DNA of 64,000 nucleotides from Escherichia coli (GCF_003334405.1 NZ_QOWM01000003.1), one strand, 5' to 3'. Positions 1 to 12,397 are shown, numbered from the stretch's first letter. The notes: a model not told the origin generated them from the sequence alone. Translations and numbers: made by a program.

Positions 1-84
1 CCAGCCCCGACCCAACCCCAAGCGTTGAAATACTAGCCATATAGTTTCCTTAATCATGCGACGTGTATAGAACGAATACCGGGG

Positions 85-111
85 TTATCGGCGTAAGCGG
101 GGTAAAGTTTA
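85..111 (-). promoter_or_regulatory. sigma28 (FliA) promoter for divergent fliD operon
   Basis: Minus strand reads TAAA-N15-GCCGATAA exactly (reverse complement of + strand 85-111); fliD would lie upstream beyond the window start. Confidence 0.6.
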
Positions 112-184
112 CGATTTATTTTTTGCCTTAATGGCACGAACAGCAACGAGGAAGGGGAGTATTTCGACCGCTAGAAAAAAATTC

Positions 185-211
185 TAAAGGTTGTGAGTGA
201 CCAGACGATAA
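185..211 (+). promoter_or_regulatory. sigma28 (FliA) class-3 promoter of fliC
   Basis: TAAA(185-188)-N15-GACGATAA(204-211), one mismatch to the sigma28 -10 consensus GCCGATAA; about 77 nt upstream of fliC ATG. Confidence 0.65.
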
Positions 212-287
212 CAGGGTTGACGGCGACGAAGCCGAAGGGTGGAAGCCCAATACTTAAACCGTAGACTTGAAAACAGGAAAATGAATT

Positions 288-1337
288 ATGGCACAAGTCA
301 TTAATACCAACAGCCTCTCGCTGATCACTCAGAACAACATCAACAAAAACCAGTCTGCGCTGTCGACTTCTATCGAGCGCCTCTCTTCTGGTCTGCGTAT
401 TAACAGCGCTAAAGATGACGCCGCGGGCCAGGCGATTGCTAACCGCTTTACTTCTAACATCAAAGGTCTGACTCAGGCCGCACGTAACGCCAACGACGGT
501 ATTTCTCTGGCGCAGACGGCTGAAGGCGCGCTGTCAGAGATTAACAACAACTTGCAGCGTATTCGTGAACTGACCGTTCAGGCCTCTACCGGCACGAACT
601 CTGATTCCGACCTGTCTTCTATTCAGGACGAAATCAAATCCCGTCTTGATGAAATTGACCGTGTATCTGGTCAGACCCAGTTCAACGGTGTGAACGTGCT
701 GTCGAAAAACGATTCGATGAAGATTCAGATTGGTGCCAATGATAACCAGACGATCAGCATTGGCTTGCAACAAATCGACAGTACCACTTTGAATCTGAAA
801 GGATTTACCGTGTCCGGCATGGCGGATTTCAGCGCGGCGAAACTGACGGCTGCTGATGGTACAGCAATTGCTGCTGCGGATGTCAAGGATGCTGGGGGTA
901 AACAAGTCAATTTACTGTCTTACACTGACACCGCGTCTAACAGTACTAAATATGCGGTCGTTGATTCTGCAACCGGTAAATACATGGAAGCCACTGTAGT
1001 CATTACCGGTACGGCGGCGGCGGTAACTGTTGGTGCAGCGGAAGTGGCGGGAGCCGCTACAGCCGATCCGTTAAAAGCACTGGATGCCGCAATCGCTAAA
1101 GTCGACAAATTCCGCTCCTCCCTCGGTGCCGTTCAAAACCGTCTGGATTCTGCGGTCACCAACCTGAACAACACCACCACCAACCTGTCTGAAGCGCAGT
1201 CCCGTATTCAGGACGCCGACTATGCGACCGAAGTGTCCAACATGTCGAAAGCGCAGATTATCCAGCAGGCGGGCAACTCCGTGCTGTCTAAAGCCAACCA
1301 GGTACCGCAGCAAGTTCTGTCTCTGTTACAAGGCTAA
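288..1337 (+). CDS. fliC: flagellin FliC, short-variable-domain allele (349 aa)
   Basis: Conserved flagellin N-terminus MAQVINTNSLSL and C-terminus VLSLLQG; RBS AGGAAA upstream; K-12 FliC is 498 aa, so this is a different H-antigen allele. Confidence 0.95.
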   Translation: MAQVINTNSLSLITQNNINKNQSALSTSIERLSSGLRINSAKDDAAGQAIANRFTSNIKGLTQAARNANDGISLAQTAEGALSEINNNLQRIRELTVQASTGTNSDSDLSSIQDEIKSRLDEIDRVSGQTQFNGVNVLSKNDSMKIQIGANDNQTISIGLQQIDSTTLNLKGFTVSGMADFSAAKLTAADGTAIAAADVKDAGGKQVNLLSYTDTASNSTKYAVVDSATGKYMEATVVITGTAAAVTVGAAEVAGAATADPLKALDAAIAKVDKFRSSLGAVQNRLDSAVTNLNNTTTNLSEAQSRIQDADYATEVSNMSKAQIIQQAGNSVLSKANQVPQQVLSLLQG

Positions 1338-1379
1338 TGGCCTTAACCTGCCTGACCCCGCTACCGGCGGGGTTTTTTC
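1170..1379 (+). ncRNA. fliX: possible FliX sRNA derived from fliC 3' end (boundaries approximate)
   Basis: Established knowledge that a sigma28-dependent sRNA is processed from the fliC 3' region ending at its terminator; only the terminator is directly visible in the sequence. Confidence 0.25.
1356..1379 (+). terminator. rho-independent terminator of fliC
   Basis: CCCCG...CGGGG stem followed by TTTTTT, about 20 nt after the fliC stop. Confidence 0.7.
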
Positions 1380-1467
1380 TGCCCGCAATTTACCGGTAAC
1401 CCCCAAATAACCCCTCATTTCACCCACTAATCGTCCGATTAAAAACCCTGCAGAAACGGATAATCAT

Positions 1468-1475
1468 GCCGATAA
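1468..1475 (+). promoter_or_regulatory. sigma28-type -10 element upstream of fliA
   Basis: Exact GCCGATAA 26 nt upstream of the fliA GTG start; no clear TAAA at the expected -35 spacing, so the promoter call is partial. Confidence 0.3.
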
Positions 1476-1500
1476 CTCATATAACGCAGGGCTGTTTATC

Positions 1501-2220
1501 GTGAATTCACTCTATACCGCTGAAGGTGTAATGGATAAACACTCGCTGTGGCAGCGTTATGTCCCGCTGGTGCGTCACGAAGCATTGCGCCTGCAGGTTC
1601 GACTGCCCGCGAGCGTGGAACTTGACGATCTGCTACAGGCGGGCGGCATTGGGTTACTTAATGCCGTCGAACGCTATGACGCCCTACAAGGAACGGCATT
1701 TACAACTTACGCAGTGCAGCGTATCCGTGGCGCTATGCTGGATGAACTTCGCAGCCGTGACTGGGTGCCGCGCAGCGTGCGACGCAACGCGCGTGAAGTG
1801 GCACAGGCAATAGGGCAACTGGAGCAGGAACTTGGCCGCAACGCCACGGAAACTGAGGTAGCGGAACGTTTAGGGATCGATATTGCCGATTATCGCCAAA
1901 TGTTGCTCGACACCAATAACAGCCAGCTCTTCTCCTACGATGAGTGGCGCGAAGAGCACGGCGATAGCATCGAACTGGTTACTGATGATCATCAGCGAGA
2001 AAACCCGCTACAACAACTGCTGGACAGTAATCTGCGTCAGCGGGTGATGGAAGCCATCGAAACGTTGCCGGAGCGCGAAAAACTGGTATTAACCCTCTAT
2101 TACCAGGAAGAGCTGAATCTCAAAGAGATTGGCGCGGTGCTGGAGGTCGGGGAATCGCGGGTCAGTCAGTTACACAGCCAGGCTATTAAACGGTTACGCA
2201 CTAAACTGGGTAAGTTATAA
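1501..2220 (+). CDS. fliA: flagellar sigma factor sigma28 FliA (239 aa, GTG start)
   Basis: Translation MNSLYTAEGVMDKHSLWQRYVPLV... matches FliA over full length. Confidence 0.95.
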   Translation: MNSLYTAEGVMDKHSLWQRYVPLVRHEALRLQVRLPASVELDDLLQAGGIGLLNAVERYDALQGTAFTTYAVQRIRGAMLDELRSRDWVPRSVRRNAREVAQAIGQLEQELGRNATETEVAERLGIDIADYRQMLLDTNNSQLFSYDEWREEHGDSIELVTDDHQRENPLQQLLDSNLRQRVMEAIETLPEREKLVLTLYYQEELNLKEIGAVLEVGESRVSQLHSQAIKRLRTKLGKL

Positions 2221-2265
2221 CGTCAGTAAATGCCGCACTTTAACTTTGACTACCAGGAGTTCTTA

Positions 2266-2817
2266 ATGATGGTGCAGCACCTGAAAAGACGGCCATTAAG
2301 CCGCTATCTTAAAGACTTTAAACACAGCCAGACTCATTGCGCGCATTGCCGTAAATTACTCGATCGCATTACCCTCGTTCGCGACGGCAAAATAGTGAAT
2401 AAAATCGAGATTTCCCGCCTGGACGCGCTGCTTGATGAAAATGGCTGGCAAACGGAACAAAAATCATGGGCGGCATTGTGCCGATTTTGCGGTGATTTAC
2501 ATTGCAAAACGCAGAGTGATTTTTTCGATATTATCGGCTTTAAGCAATTTCTTTTTGAGCAAACTGAAATGAGCCCAGGTACGGTGCGTGAATATGTCGT
2601 TCGTTTGCGCCGTTTGGGGAATCATCTACACGAGCAAAATATTTCCCTCGATCCGCTGCAGGACGGTTTCCTTGATGAAATCCTCGCCCCGTGGCTGCCC
2701 ACCACCAGCACCAACAATTACCGCATCGCATTACGGAAGTATCAACACTATCAGCGTCAAACGTGTACCGGACTTGTGCAGAAATCCTCCAGCCTGCCTG
2801 CTTCTGATATATATTAA
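2266..2817 (+). CDS. fliZ: flagellar regulator FliZ (183 aa)
   Basis: Track ORF 2230-2817 is N-extended by 12 codons; recognised FliZ N-terminus MMVQHLKRR begins at 2266. Confidence 0.88.
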   Translation: MMVQHLKRRPLSRYLKDFKHSQTHCAHCRKLLDRITLVRDGKIVNKIEISRLDALLDENGWQTEQKSWAALCRFCGDLHCKTQSDFFDIIGFKQFLFEQTEMSPGTVREYVVRLRRLGNHLHEQNISLDPLQDGFLDEILAPWLPTTSTNNYRIALRKYQHYQRQTCTGLVQKSSSLPASDIY

Positions 2818-2904
2818 ATAAGAATAAGATGTAGCGGAGTTGTTTTTGTGTTTACAAACAATGGCTCTACACTGCAAACAGACATAACAACATTCGGGGT
2901 AAAT

Positions 2905-4796
<1,892 letters not shown>

Positions 4797-4810
4797 CTCC
4801 GGAAACGCTC

Positions 4811-5479
4811 ATGCAAGAAAGTATACAACTGGTTATTGATTCCTTGCCGTTCCTGCTGAAAGGGGCTGGGTATACGCTGCAACTCAGTATCGGCGGCATG
4901 TTTTTTGGCTTACTGCTCGGGTTTATTCTCGCGCTGATGCGCCTGTCGCCGATCTGGCCCGTGCGCTGGCTGGCGCGTTTTTATATCTCTATTTTTCGTG
5001 GTACGCCGCTCATCGCACAACTGTTTATGATTTATTACGGCCTGCCGCAGTTTGGTATCGAATTAGATCCCATTCCGTCAGCAATGATTGGTCTGTCGCT
5101 CAACACTGCCGCCTATGCTGCCGAAACGCTTCGCGCCGCCATTTCTTCTATTGATAAAGGTCAGTGGGAAGCAGCTGCCAGTATTGGTATGACGCCGTGG
5201 CAGACCATGCGTCGCGCGATTTTGCCACAGGCGGCGCGGGTGGCGTTGCCGCCGCTGTCGAACAGCTTTATCAGCCTGGTAAAAGATACGTCGCTGGCCG
5301 CGACAATCCAGGTGCCGGAGCTGTTCCGTCAAGCGCAGTTGATTACCTCGCGCACGCTGGAGGTGTTCACCATGTACCTGGCGGCTTCGCTCATCTACTG
5401 GATCATGGCGACAGTATTATCGACGTTGCAGAACCATTTTGAGAATCAACTTAATCGCCAGGAGAGAGAACCAAAATGA
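4811..5479 (+). CDS. tcyL: L-cystine ABC transporter permease TcyL (222 aa)
   Basis: Full-length match to TcyL/YecS; polar amino-acid ABC permease. Confidence 0.93.
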   Translation: MQESIQLVIDSLPFLLKGAGYTLQLSIGGMFFGLLLGFILALMRLSPIWPVRWLARFYISIFRGTPLIAQLFMIYYGLPQFGIELDPIPSAMIGLSLNTAAYAAETLRAAISSIDKGQWEAAASIGMTPWQTMRRAILPQAARVALPPLSNSFISLVKDTSLAATIQVPELFRQAQLITSRTLEVFTMYLAASLIYWIMATVLSTLQNHFENQLNRQEREPK

Positions 5480-6228
5480 GTGCCATTGAAGTTAAGAACC
5501 TGGTGAAAAAATTTCACGGTCAGACGGTGCTGCACGGTATCGACCTTGAGGTAAAGCCTGGCGAAGTGGTGGCAATTATCGGTCCGAGTGGTTCCGGCAA
5601 AACCACGTTGCTACGCAGCATAAATCTGCTGGAACAACCCGAAGCGGGAACGATCACCGTTGGCGATATCACTATTGATACTGCACGTTCATTAAGTCAG
5701 CAAAAATCGCTGATTCGCCAGTTGCGTCAGCACGTCGGGTTTGTCTTCCAGAACTTTAATTTGTTTCCGCATCGTACGGTGCTGGAAAACATTATTGAAG
5801 GGCCGGTGATCGTCAAAGGCGAACCGAAAGAAGAGGCCACGGCGCGCGCTCGCGAGCTGTTGGCGAAAGTTGGGCTGGCCGGTAAAGAAACCAGCTATCC
5901 ACGTCGTTTGTCTGGCGGTCAACAGCAACGTGTTGCGATTGCACGTGCGCTGGCAATGCGTCCTGAGGTGATTTTGTTTGACGAGCCAACGTCGGCGCTG
6001 GATCCAGAGCTGGTGGGCGAAGTCCTGAACACCATCCGTCAGCTGGCGCAGGAAAAGCGCACGATGGTGATTGTGACGCACGAAATGAGCTTTGCCCGGG
6101 ATGTTGCGGACCGGGCGATCTTTATGGACCAGGGGCGGATAGTCGAGCAGGGGGCCGCAAAAGCGTTATTTGCCGATCCCGAGCAGCCTCGCACCCGCCA
6201 GTTCCTCGAGAAGTTTCTGCTGCAATAA
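5476..6228 (+). CDS. tcyN: L-cystine ABC transporter ATPase TcyN (250 aa)
   Basis: Walker A GPSGSGKTT and signature LSGGQQQRV; 4-nt overlap with tcyL. Confidence 0.95.
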   Translation: MSAIEVKNLVKKFHGQTVLHGIDLEVKPGEVVAIIGPSGSGKTTLLRSINLLEQPEAGTITVGDITIDTARSLSQQKSLIRQLRQHVGFVFQNFNLFPHRTVLENIIEGPVIVKGEPKEEATARARELLAKVGLAGKETSYPRRLSGGQQQRVAIARALAMRPEVILFDEPTSALDPELVGEVLNTIRQLAQEKRTMVIVTHEMSFARDVADRAIFMDQGRIVEQGAAKALFADPEQPRTRQFLEKFLLQ

Positions 6229-6240
6229 TAAGAAAAAATC

Positions 6241-6267
6241 AGCCCCGACGATTCACCTGTCGGGGCT
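6241..6267 (+). terminator. stem-loop downstream of tcyN (possible terminator)
   Basis: 9-bp stem AGCCCCGAC/GTCGGGGCT; no U-tract on the + strand. Confidence 0.4.
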
Positions 6268-6457
6268 GGACGCCATTTCAAGCCTGATAAAACTGCTTAA
6301 CAAATCAGCATAACTCATTAATAACATAAGAGAATGCGATGGCTTGCAAAAGTAATTCATTGCCTGAATAATATAAATTATATATAAATCTTATTTATGT
6401 GATAGTTTGAATTATCATTATAAATGATACTCACTCTCAGGGGCGTTGCGGTTTACT

Positions 6458-7180
6458 ATGCAGGATAAGGATTTTTTCAGCTGGCGTCGCACGATGCTGT
6501 TGCGTTTTCAGAGGATGGAGGCCGCAGAAGAGGTCTACCATGAAATAGAGTTTCAGGCTCAGCAGCTGGAGTACGATTACTATTCGTTATGTGTTCGCCA
6601 CCCGGTACCATTCACGCGACCTAAAGTGGCTTTCTACACCAATTACCCTGAGGCGTGGGTTAGTTATTATCAGGCAAAAAACTTTCTCGCAATTGATCCG
6701 GTGCTGAACCCTGAAAACTTTAGTCAGGGCCATTTAATGTGGAATGATGACTTATTCAGCGAAGCACAGCCGTTATGGGAAGCCGCGCGCGCACATGGTT
6801 TACGCCGCGGTGTCACTCAGTATTTAATGCTGCCAAACCGGGCGCTGGGCTTTTTGTCCTTTTCCCGTAGCAGCGCGCGCGAAATACCCATTCTTAGTGA
6901 TGAACTGCAATTAAAAATGCAGTTACTGGTGCGCGAAAGTCTGATGGCTCTGATGCGTTTAAATGATGAAATAGTGATGACGCCAGAGATGAATTTCAGC
7001 AAGCGCGAAAAAGAAATTTTGAAATGGACGGCGGAAGGGAAGACATCAGCAGAGATAGCGATGATTTTGTCAATCTCTGAGAATACGGTCAATTTCCACC
7101 AGAAAAACATGCAGAAAAAAATTAATGCACCAAATAAGACGCAGGTTGCCTGTTACGCGGCCGCTACTGGCTTAATTTGA
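6458..7180 (+). CDS. sdiA: LuxR-type quorum-sensing regulator SdiA (240 aa)
   Basis: Recognised N-terminus MQDKDFFSWRR; C-terminal LuxR HTH; track ORF begins 4 codons upstream at a TTG. Confidence 0.93.
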   Translation: MQDKDFFSWRRTMLLRFQRMEAAEEVYHEIEFQAQQLEYDYYSLCVRHPVPFTRPKVAFYTNYPEAWVSYYQAKNFLAIDPVLNPENFSQGHLMWNDDLFSEAQPLWEAARAHGLRRGVTQYLMLPNRALGFLSFSRSSAREIPILSDELQLKMQLLVRESLMALMRLNDEIVMTPEMNFSKREKEILKWTAEGKTSAEIAMILSISENTVNFHQKNMQKKINAPNKTQVACYAAATGLI

Positions 7181-7208
7181 TCTCTTTTCTGTTCTGCGTG
7201 CCAGATGC

Positions 7209-7243
7209 AAAAACCGGCTGAAAGGCACGCTCTCAGCCGGTTT
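7209..7243. terminator. bidirectional terminator between convergent sdiA and yecF
   Basis: 8-bp stem CCGGCTGA/TCAGCCGG flanked by an A-run and a T-run. Confidence 0.7.
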
Positions 7244-7247
7244 TATA

Positions 7248-7472
7248 TTACTGACGGTAGGCTTGTTTAATTTGCTTAACCGTTTTGGAAAATACTGCAG
7301 CCTGGGTTTCGTCTTCGATCAGCGCAAGCTGTTTTTCCATCTTTAACATCACGCGGCCCGCGTCAGCTTGTCCCATCGCCTGCAGCATCAGCGTCAGCAT
7401 CGCTTTCAGGCAGGAGACTTCATTTGCCAGTTCTTGATTATTCTCGGCAGTAGAAAAATCAGGCGTACTCAT
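7248..7472 (-). CDS. yecF: DUF2594 protein YecF (74 aa)
   Basis: Translation [19 protein letters not shown]... matches YecF at the expected synteny position. Confidence 0.85.
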
Positions 7473-7930
7473 TTATTTTCCTCGTCATGTTGCAATGAAA
7501 ATTTGCGGTGAAAAATGTTAAGGCGGCGGAGTATACCATAAGCTTTGCTAAAAATAGCAGTGGTTGTTTTTTGAGCGTATCGTCAACGGTGCTATTAAAT
7601 GCGTTAATATAATGACCAATAAATATTTTTATCATGAATGTTTTTTGCCCGTATTGTTTGGGTTAATTAATGTTACATATTCAGCGGGCTGATTTTCATT
7701 TTTGCTGAATAAAGGTAATTTTTGTCACATTTCGTCGCAGGGCTTACTGTGAAACGATCCGGTCAGCCGTTGGTGACGGGCGTGACCATAACTGTGGACA
7801 ATCGAATTGACAAAAACGAGAGAAAAATCGAATACCCACCATTTTTAACGTTTCAAAGTTGCAATAAAAACCGCTAATATACTAATGACTAACTATCAGT
7901 AGCGTTATCCCTATTTCTGGAGATATTCCT

Positions 7931-8587
7931 TTGATCAACGTTCTACTTGTTGATGACCACGAACTGGTGCGCGCAGGGATACGACGCATTCTGGAAGATA
8001 TAAAGGGTATAAAAGTCGTCGGTGAGGCATCGTGCGGTGAAGACGCCGTTAAGTGGTGCCGGACAAATGCCGTTGACGTGGTGCTAATGGACATGAGTAT
8101 GCCGGGCATTGGCGGTCTTGAGGCGACGCGTAAAATCGCGCGTTCCACAGCTGATGTCAAAATCATCATGCTTACCGTCCATACAGAAAACCCTTTACCA
8201 GCGAAAGTCATGCAGGCCGGTGCTGCGGGCTACCTCAGCAAAGGCGCGGCTCCGCAGGAAGTCGTGAGTGCGATTCGTTCTGTCTATTCAGGGCAGCGTT
8301 ACATTGCTTCTGATATCGCTCAACAAATGGCGTTAAGCCAGATCGAACCAGAAAAAACAGAAAGCCCATTTGCCAGTTTGTCTGAACGTGAATTGCAGAT
8401 TATGCTGATGATCACCAAGGGCCAGAAGGTCAATGAGATCTCAGAACAGCTCAATCTCAGTCCGAAAACGGTGAACAGCTACCGCTATCGTATGTTCAGT
8501 AAACTAAACATTCATGGCGATGTTGAGCTGACTCACCTGGCAATTCGCCATGGTCTGTGTAATGCGGAGACATTATCAAGTCAGTGA
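7931..8587 (+). CDS. uvrY: response regulator UvrY (BarA/UvrY two-component system), 218 aa, TTG start
   Basis: Receiver domain [16 protein letters not shown] plus LuxR-type HTH; RBS GGAG upstream. Confidence 0.93.
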
Positions 8588-10416
8588 GTGATCAGTTTGA
8601 CGCAAAAGCGTTTTTAAAAACCGTAACCAGCCAGCCAGGCGTTTATCGCATGTACGATGCTGGTGGTACGGTTATCTATGTCGGCAAAGCGAAAGACCTG
8701 AAAAAACGGCTTTCCAGCTATTTCCGTAGCAACCTCGCTTCGCGCAAAACCGAAGCGCTGGTCGCCCAGATCCAGCAAATTGATGTAACGGTTACTCATA
8801 CAGAAACCGAAGCGCTGTTGCTGGAACACAACTACATCAAACTCTATCAGCCGCGTTACAACGTTTTACTACGCGATGATAAATCTTATCCCTTTATCTT
8901 CCTGAGTGGCGATACCCATCCGCGTCTGGCGATGCATCGTGGTGCGAAGCATGCTAAAGGTGAATATTTCGGCCCGTTCCCGAATGGCTATGCCGTACGT
9001 GAAACACTGGCGCTACTGCAAAAGATTTTCCCCATTCGCCAGTGCGAAAACAGTGTTTATCGCAATCGCTCGCGTCCGTGTCTGCAATATCAGATAGGAC
9101 GTTGTCTGGGGCCGTGCGTTGAAGGACTGGTGAGTGAAGAAGAATACGCTCAGCAGGTCGAGTATGTGCGCCTGTTTTTGTCTGGCAAAGATGATCAGGT
9201 GCTTACGCAACTGATTAGCCGTATGGAAACTGCCAGCCAGAATCTGGAGTTTGAAGAAGCTGCACGTATTCGCGACCAAATTCAGGCGGTGCGACGCGTC
9301 ACCGAAAAACAGTTTGTTTCCAATACCGGCGACGACCTTGACGTTATTGGTGTGGCGTTCGATGCGGGCATGGCTTGTGTCCACGTATTGTTCATTCGTC
9401 AGGGCAAAGTGCTCGGCAGCCGCAGCTATTTCCCGAAAGTGCCTGGCGGTACGGAACTGAGCGAGGTGGTGGAAACCTTCGTAGGTCAGTTCTATTTACA
9501 AGGCAGCCAGATGCGCACCTTACCGGGTGAGATCCTGCTCGATTTTAATCTTAGCGATAAAACGCTGCTCGCCGATTCCCTTTCAGAACTGGCGGGACGC
9601 AAGATTAATGTTCAAACCAAACCTCGCGGCGATAGGGCGCGTTATCTGAAACTCGCGCGCACCAATGCGGCGACGGCCTTAACCAGCAAACTTTCGCAGC
9701 AATCTACCGTTCACCAGCGACTGACCGCGCTTGCCAGCGTGTTGAAATTGCCGGAAGTGAAGCGGATGGAGTGCTTTGACATCAGCCATACCATGGGCGA
9801 ACAAACCGTCGCTTCCTGTGTGGTGTTTGATGCTAACGGCCCGCTGCGTGCGGAGTATCGGCGCTATAACATTACTGGCATCACGCCGGGCGATGATTAT
9901 GCGGCGATGAATCAGGTGCTGCGTCGGCGTTATGGTAAAGCCATTGACGACAGTAAGATCCCGGATGTGATCCTTATCGACGGCGGCAAAGGCCAGCTTG
10001 CGCAGGCGAAAAATGTCTTCGCCGAACTGGATGTCTCATGGGATAAAAATCATCCGCTGCTACTTGGCGTTGCCAAAGGAGCAGATCGTAAGGCTGGGCT
10101 GGAAACGCTGTTCTTTGAGCCGGAAGGTGAGGGATTTAGTTTGCCGCCAGATTCTCCCGCGCTGCATGTTATCCAGCATATTCGCGATGAATCACACGAT
10201 CACGCGATTGGCGGGCACCGTAAAAAACGGGCGAAGGTCAAAAATACCAGTTCCCTGGAAACCATTGAAGGCGTCGGGCCAAAACGTCGGCAAATGTTGT
10301 TGAAATATATGGGCGGTTTGCAAGGTTTACGTAACGCCAGCGTCGAGGAAATTGCAAAAGTGCCGGGTATTTCGCAAGGTCTGGCAGAAAAGATCTTCTG
10401 GTCGTTGAAACATTGA
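8584..10416 (+). CDS. uvrC: excinuclease ABC subunit C UvrC (610 aa)
   Basis: Full-length UvrC with GIY-YIG N-terminus; GTG start overlapping the uvrY stop by 4 nt. Confidence 0.95.
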
Positions 10417-10472
10417 TGTCTCTGTAGCAACATAGGGGTAATCTTACTGACAACAGATAGTTACCCGTCATT

Positions 10473-11021
10473 ATGCAATTTAATATCCCTACGTTGCTTA
10501 CACTGTTCCGTGTCATCCTTATCCCATTCTTTGTATTGGTCTTTTATCTGCCTGTCACCTGGTCGCCGTTTGCCGCCGCGCTCATTTTCTGCGTCGCGGC
10601 GGTGACTGACTGGTTTGATGGTTTTCTGGCACGCCGCTGGAACCAGAGTACCCGGTTTGGTGCTTTCCTTGACCCTGTCGCAGATAAAGTTCTCGTGGCT
10701 ATCGCCATGGTGCTGGTAACCGAGCATTATCACAGCTGGTGGGTGACCTTACCGGCGGCAACGATGATCGCCCGTGAAATTATTATTTCTGCGCTACGCG
10801 AATGGATGGCGGAGTTGGGTAAACGCAGTAGCGTGGCTGTCTCCTGGATTGGGAAAGTGAAAACTACGGCCCAGATGGTGGCGTTGGCCTGGCTGCTGTG
10901 GCGTCCGAACATTTGGGTTGAGTACGCCGGTATTGCACTTTTCTTTGTGGCTGCGGTACTGACTCTGTGGTCAATGTTGCAATATTTGAGCGCTGCGCGT
11001 GCAGATTTGCTTGATCAGTGA
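10473..11021 (+). CDS. pgsA: CDP-diacylglycerol--glycerol-3-phosphate 3-phosphatidyltransferase PgsA (182 aa)
   Basis: Translation [21 protein letters not shown]... matches PgsA. Confidence 0.95.
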
Positions 11022-11071
11022 TCGTTTCGGTGCAATTTTCAGCAAACGATCAAAAGTGGTGAAAAATATCG

Positions 11072-11099
11072 TTGACTCATCGCGCCAGGTAAGTAGAAT
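11072..11099 (+). promoter_or_regulatory. sigma70 promoter of the glyW-cysT-leuZ tRNA operon
   Basis: TTGACT(11072-11077)-N16-TAGAAT(11094-11099) with a GC-rich discriminator, about 70 nt upstream of tRNA-Gly. Confidence 0.6.
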
Positions 11100-11172
11100 G
11101 CAACGCATCGAACGGCGGCACTGATTGCCAGACGATAATAAAATCAAGTGATTAACTGATTGCTTGATGAAT

Positions 11173-11248
<76 letters not shown>

Positions 11249-11302
11249 GTTTAAAAGACATCGGCCTCAAGCGGATGTCTGGCTGAAAGGCCTGAAGAAT
11301 TT

Positions 11303-11376
11303 GGCGCGTTAACAAAGCGGTTATGTAGCGGATTGCAAATCCGTCTAGTCCGGTTCGACTCCGGAACGCGCCTCCA
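11303..11376 (+). tRNA. cysT: tRNA-Cys (anticodon GCA)
   Basis: 74-nt sequence GGCGCGTTAACAAAGCGG...GAACGCGCCTCCA with encoded CCA. Confidence 0.95.
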
Positions 11377-11388
11377 CTTTCTTCCCGA

Positions 11389-11475
11389 GCCCGGATGGTG
11401 GAATCGGTAGACACAAGGGATTTAAAATCCCTCGGCGTTCGCGCTGTGCGGGTTCAAGTCCCGCTCCGGGTACCA
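11389..11475 (+). tRNA. leuZ: tRNA-Leu (anticodon TAA), long variable arm
   Basis: 87-nt sequence GCCCGGATGGTGGAATCGGTAGACAC...CGCTCCGGGTACCA. Confidence 0.95.
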
Positions 11476-11517
11476 TGGGAAAGATAAGAATAAAATCAAA
11501 GCAATAAGCAGTGTCGT

Positions 11518-11542
11518 GAAACCACCTTCGGGTGGTTTTTTT
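11518..11542 (+). terminator. rho-independent terminator of the tRNA operon
   Basis: ACCACC-TTCG-GGTGGT hairpin followed by TTTTTTT. Confidence 0.75.
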
Positions 11543-11670
11543 GTGCCTGCAACTTGTCGTTACACCCTCCTTAATTTTTAATCACCGGCAAAGCCACTCA
11601 AAAAGTATCTCTGATACGGACCGGCATGTAAGATAGGTGCTGGCGAGTTGAGATCCACAAGGAAAAGCGT

Positions 11671-12336
11671 ATGAAAACGGGACCGTTAAACGAAAGTGAG
11701 TTGGAATGGCTGGACGATATTCTGACCAAATACAACACTGACCACGCCATCCTTGATGTGGCGGAGCTGGACGGTTTATTGACGGCGGTGTTGAGTTCTC
11801 CGCAAGAGATTGAACCGGCACAGTGGCTGGTTGCCGTGTGGGGTGGGGCTGACTATGTGCCGCGCTGGGCGTCTGAGAAAGAGATGACACGCTTTATGAA
11901 CCTGGCCTTTCAACATATGGCCGATACCGCAGAGCGTCTGAACGAATTCCCGGAGCAGTTTGAGCCGCTATTCGGCTTGCGAGAAGTTGATGGCAGCGAG
12001 CTGACGATTGTTGAGGAGTGGTGCTTTGGCTATATGCGGGGCGTGGCACTTTCTGACTGGTCAACATTGCCCGATTCGTTAAAACCAGCGCTGGAGGCGA
12101 TAGCGCTGCACGGTACTGAGGACAACTTCGAGCGGGTAGAGAAGATGTCGCCAGAAGCGTTTGAAGAGAGCGTAGATGCCATTCGACTGGCGGCGCTTGA
12201 TTTACATGCATACTGGATGGCGCATCCGCAGGAAAAAGCTGTTCAGCAACCGATCAAAGCAGAAGAGAAACCGGGGCGTAACGATCCTTGTCCGTGCGGC
12301 AGTGGTAAGAAATTTAAGCAGTGCTGCCTGCATTAA
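11671..12336 (+). CDS. yecA: UPF0149 protein YecA with C-terminal SecA-like metal-binding motif (221 aa)
   Basis: C-terminal [13 protein letters not shown] motif visible in translation; matches YecA. Confidence 0.9.
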   Translation: MKTGPLNESELEWLDDILTKYNTDHAILDVAELDGLLTAVLSSPQEIEPAQWLVAVWGGADYVPRWASEKEMTRFMNLAFQHMADTAERLNEFPEQFEPLFGLREVDGSELTIVEEWCFGYMRGVALSDWSTLPDSLKPALEAIALHGTEDNFERVEKMSPEAFEESVDAIRLAALDLHAYWMAHPQEKAVQQPIKAEEKPGRNDPCPCGSGKKFKQCCLH

Positions 12337-12344
12337 GAAGTCAA

Positions 12345-12376
12345 ATTGGGTGTCAGCGTTAATTCTGGCACCCAAT
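12345..12376. terminator. hairpin between convergent yecA and tyrP (possible bidirectional terminator)
   Basis: 8-bp inverted repeat ATTGGGTG/CACCCAAT with a 16-nt loop; no clear U-tract. Confidence 0.35.
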
Positions 12377-12397
12377 AAGGAATTTGAGGCTATCTGA

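Noticed and set aside
103-130. TAAAGTTT at 103-110 on the + strand as a second fliC sigma28 -35 element
   Set aside because: No GCCGATAA-like -10 follows at the 11-nt spacing; the motif is the reverse-strand spacer/-35 neighbourhood of the fliD promoter.
1222-1410. Numerous 60-140-aa track ORFs overlapping annotated genes in other frames or on the opposite strand (for example 1222-1410, 534-905, 3154-3663, 28648-28920)
   Set aside because: They overlap well-supported genes, lack start context and give low-complexity translations; spurious.
1441-1484. Full sigma28 promoter call for fliA
   Set aside because: An exact GCCGATAA -10 is present at 1468-1475, but no TAAA sits at the canonical 15-nt spacing, so only the -10-like element is reported at low confidence.
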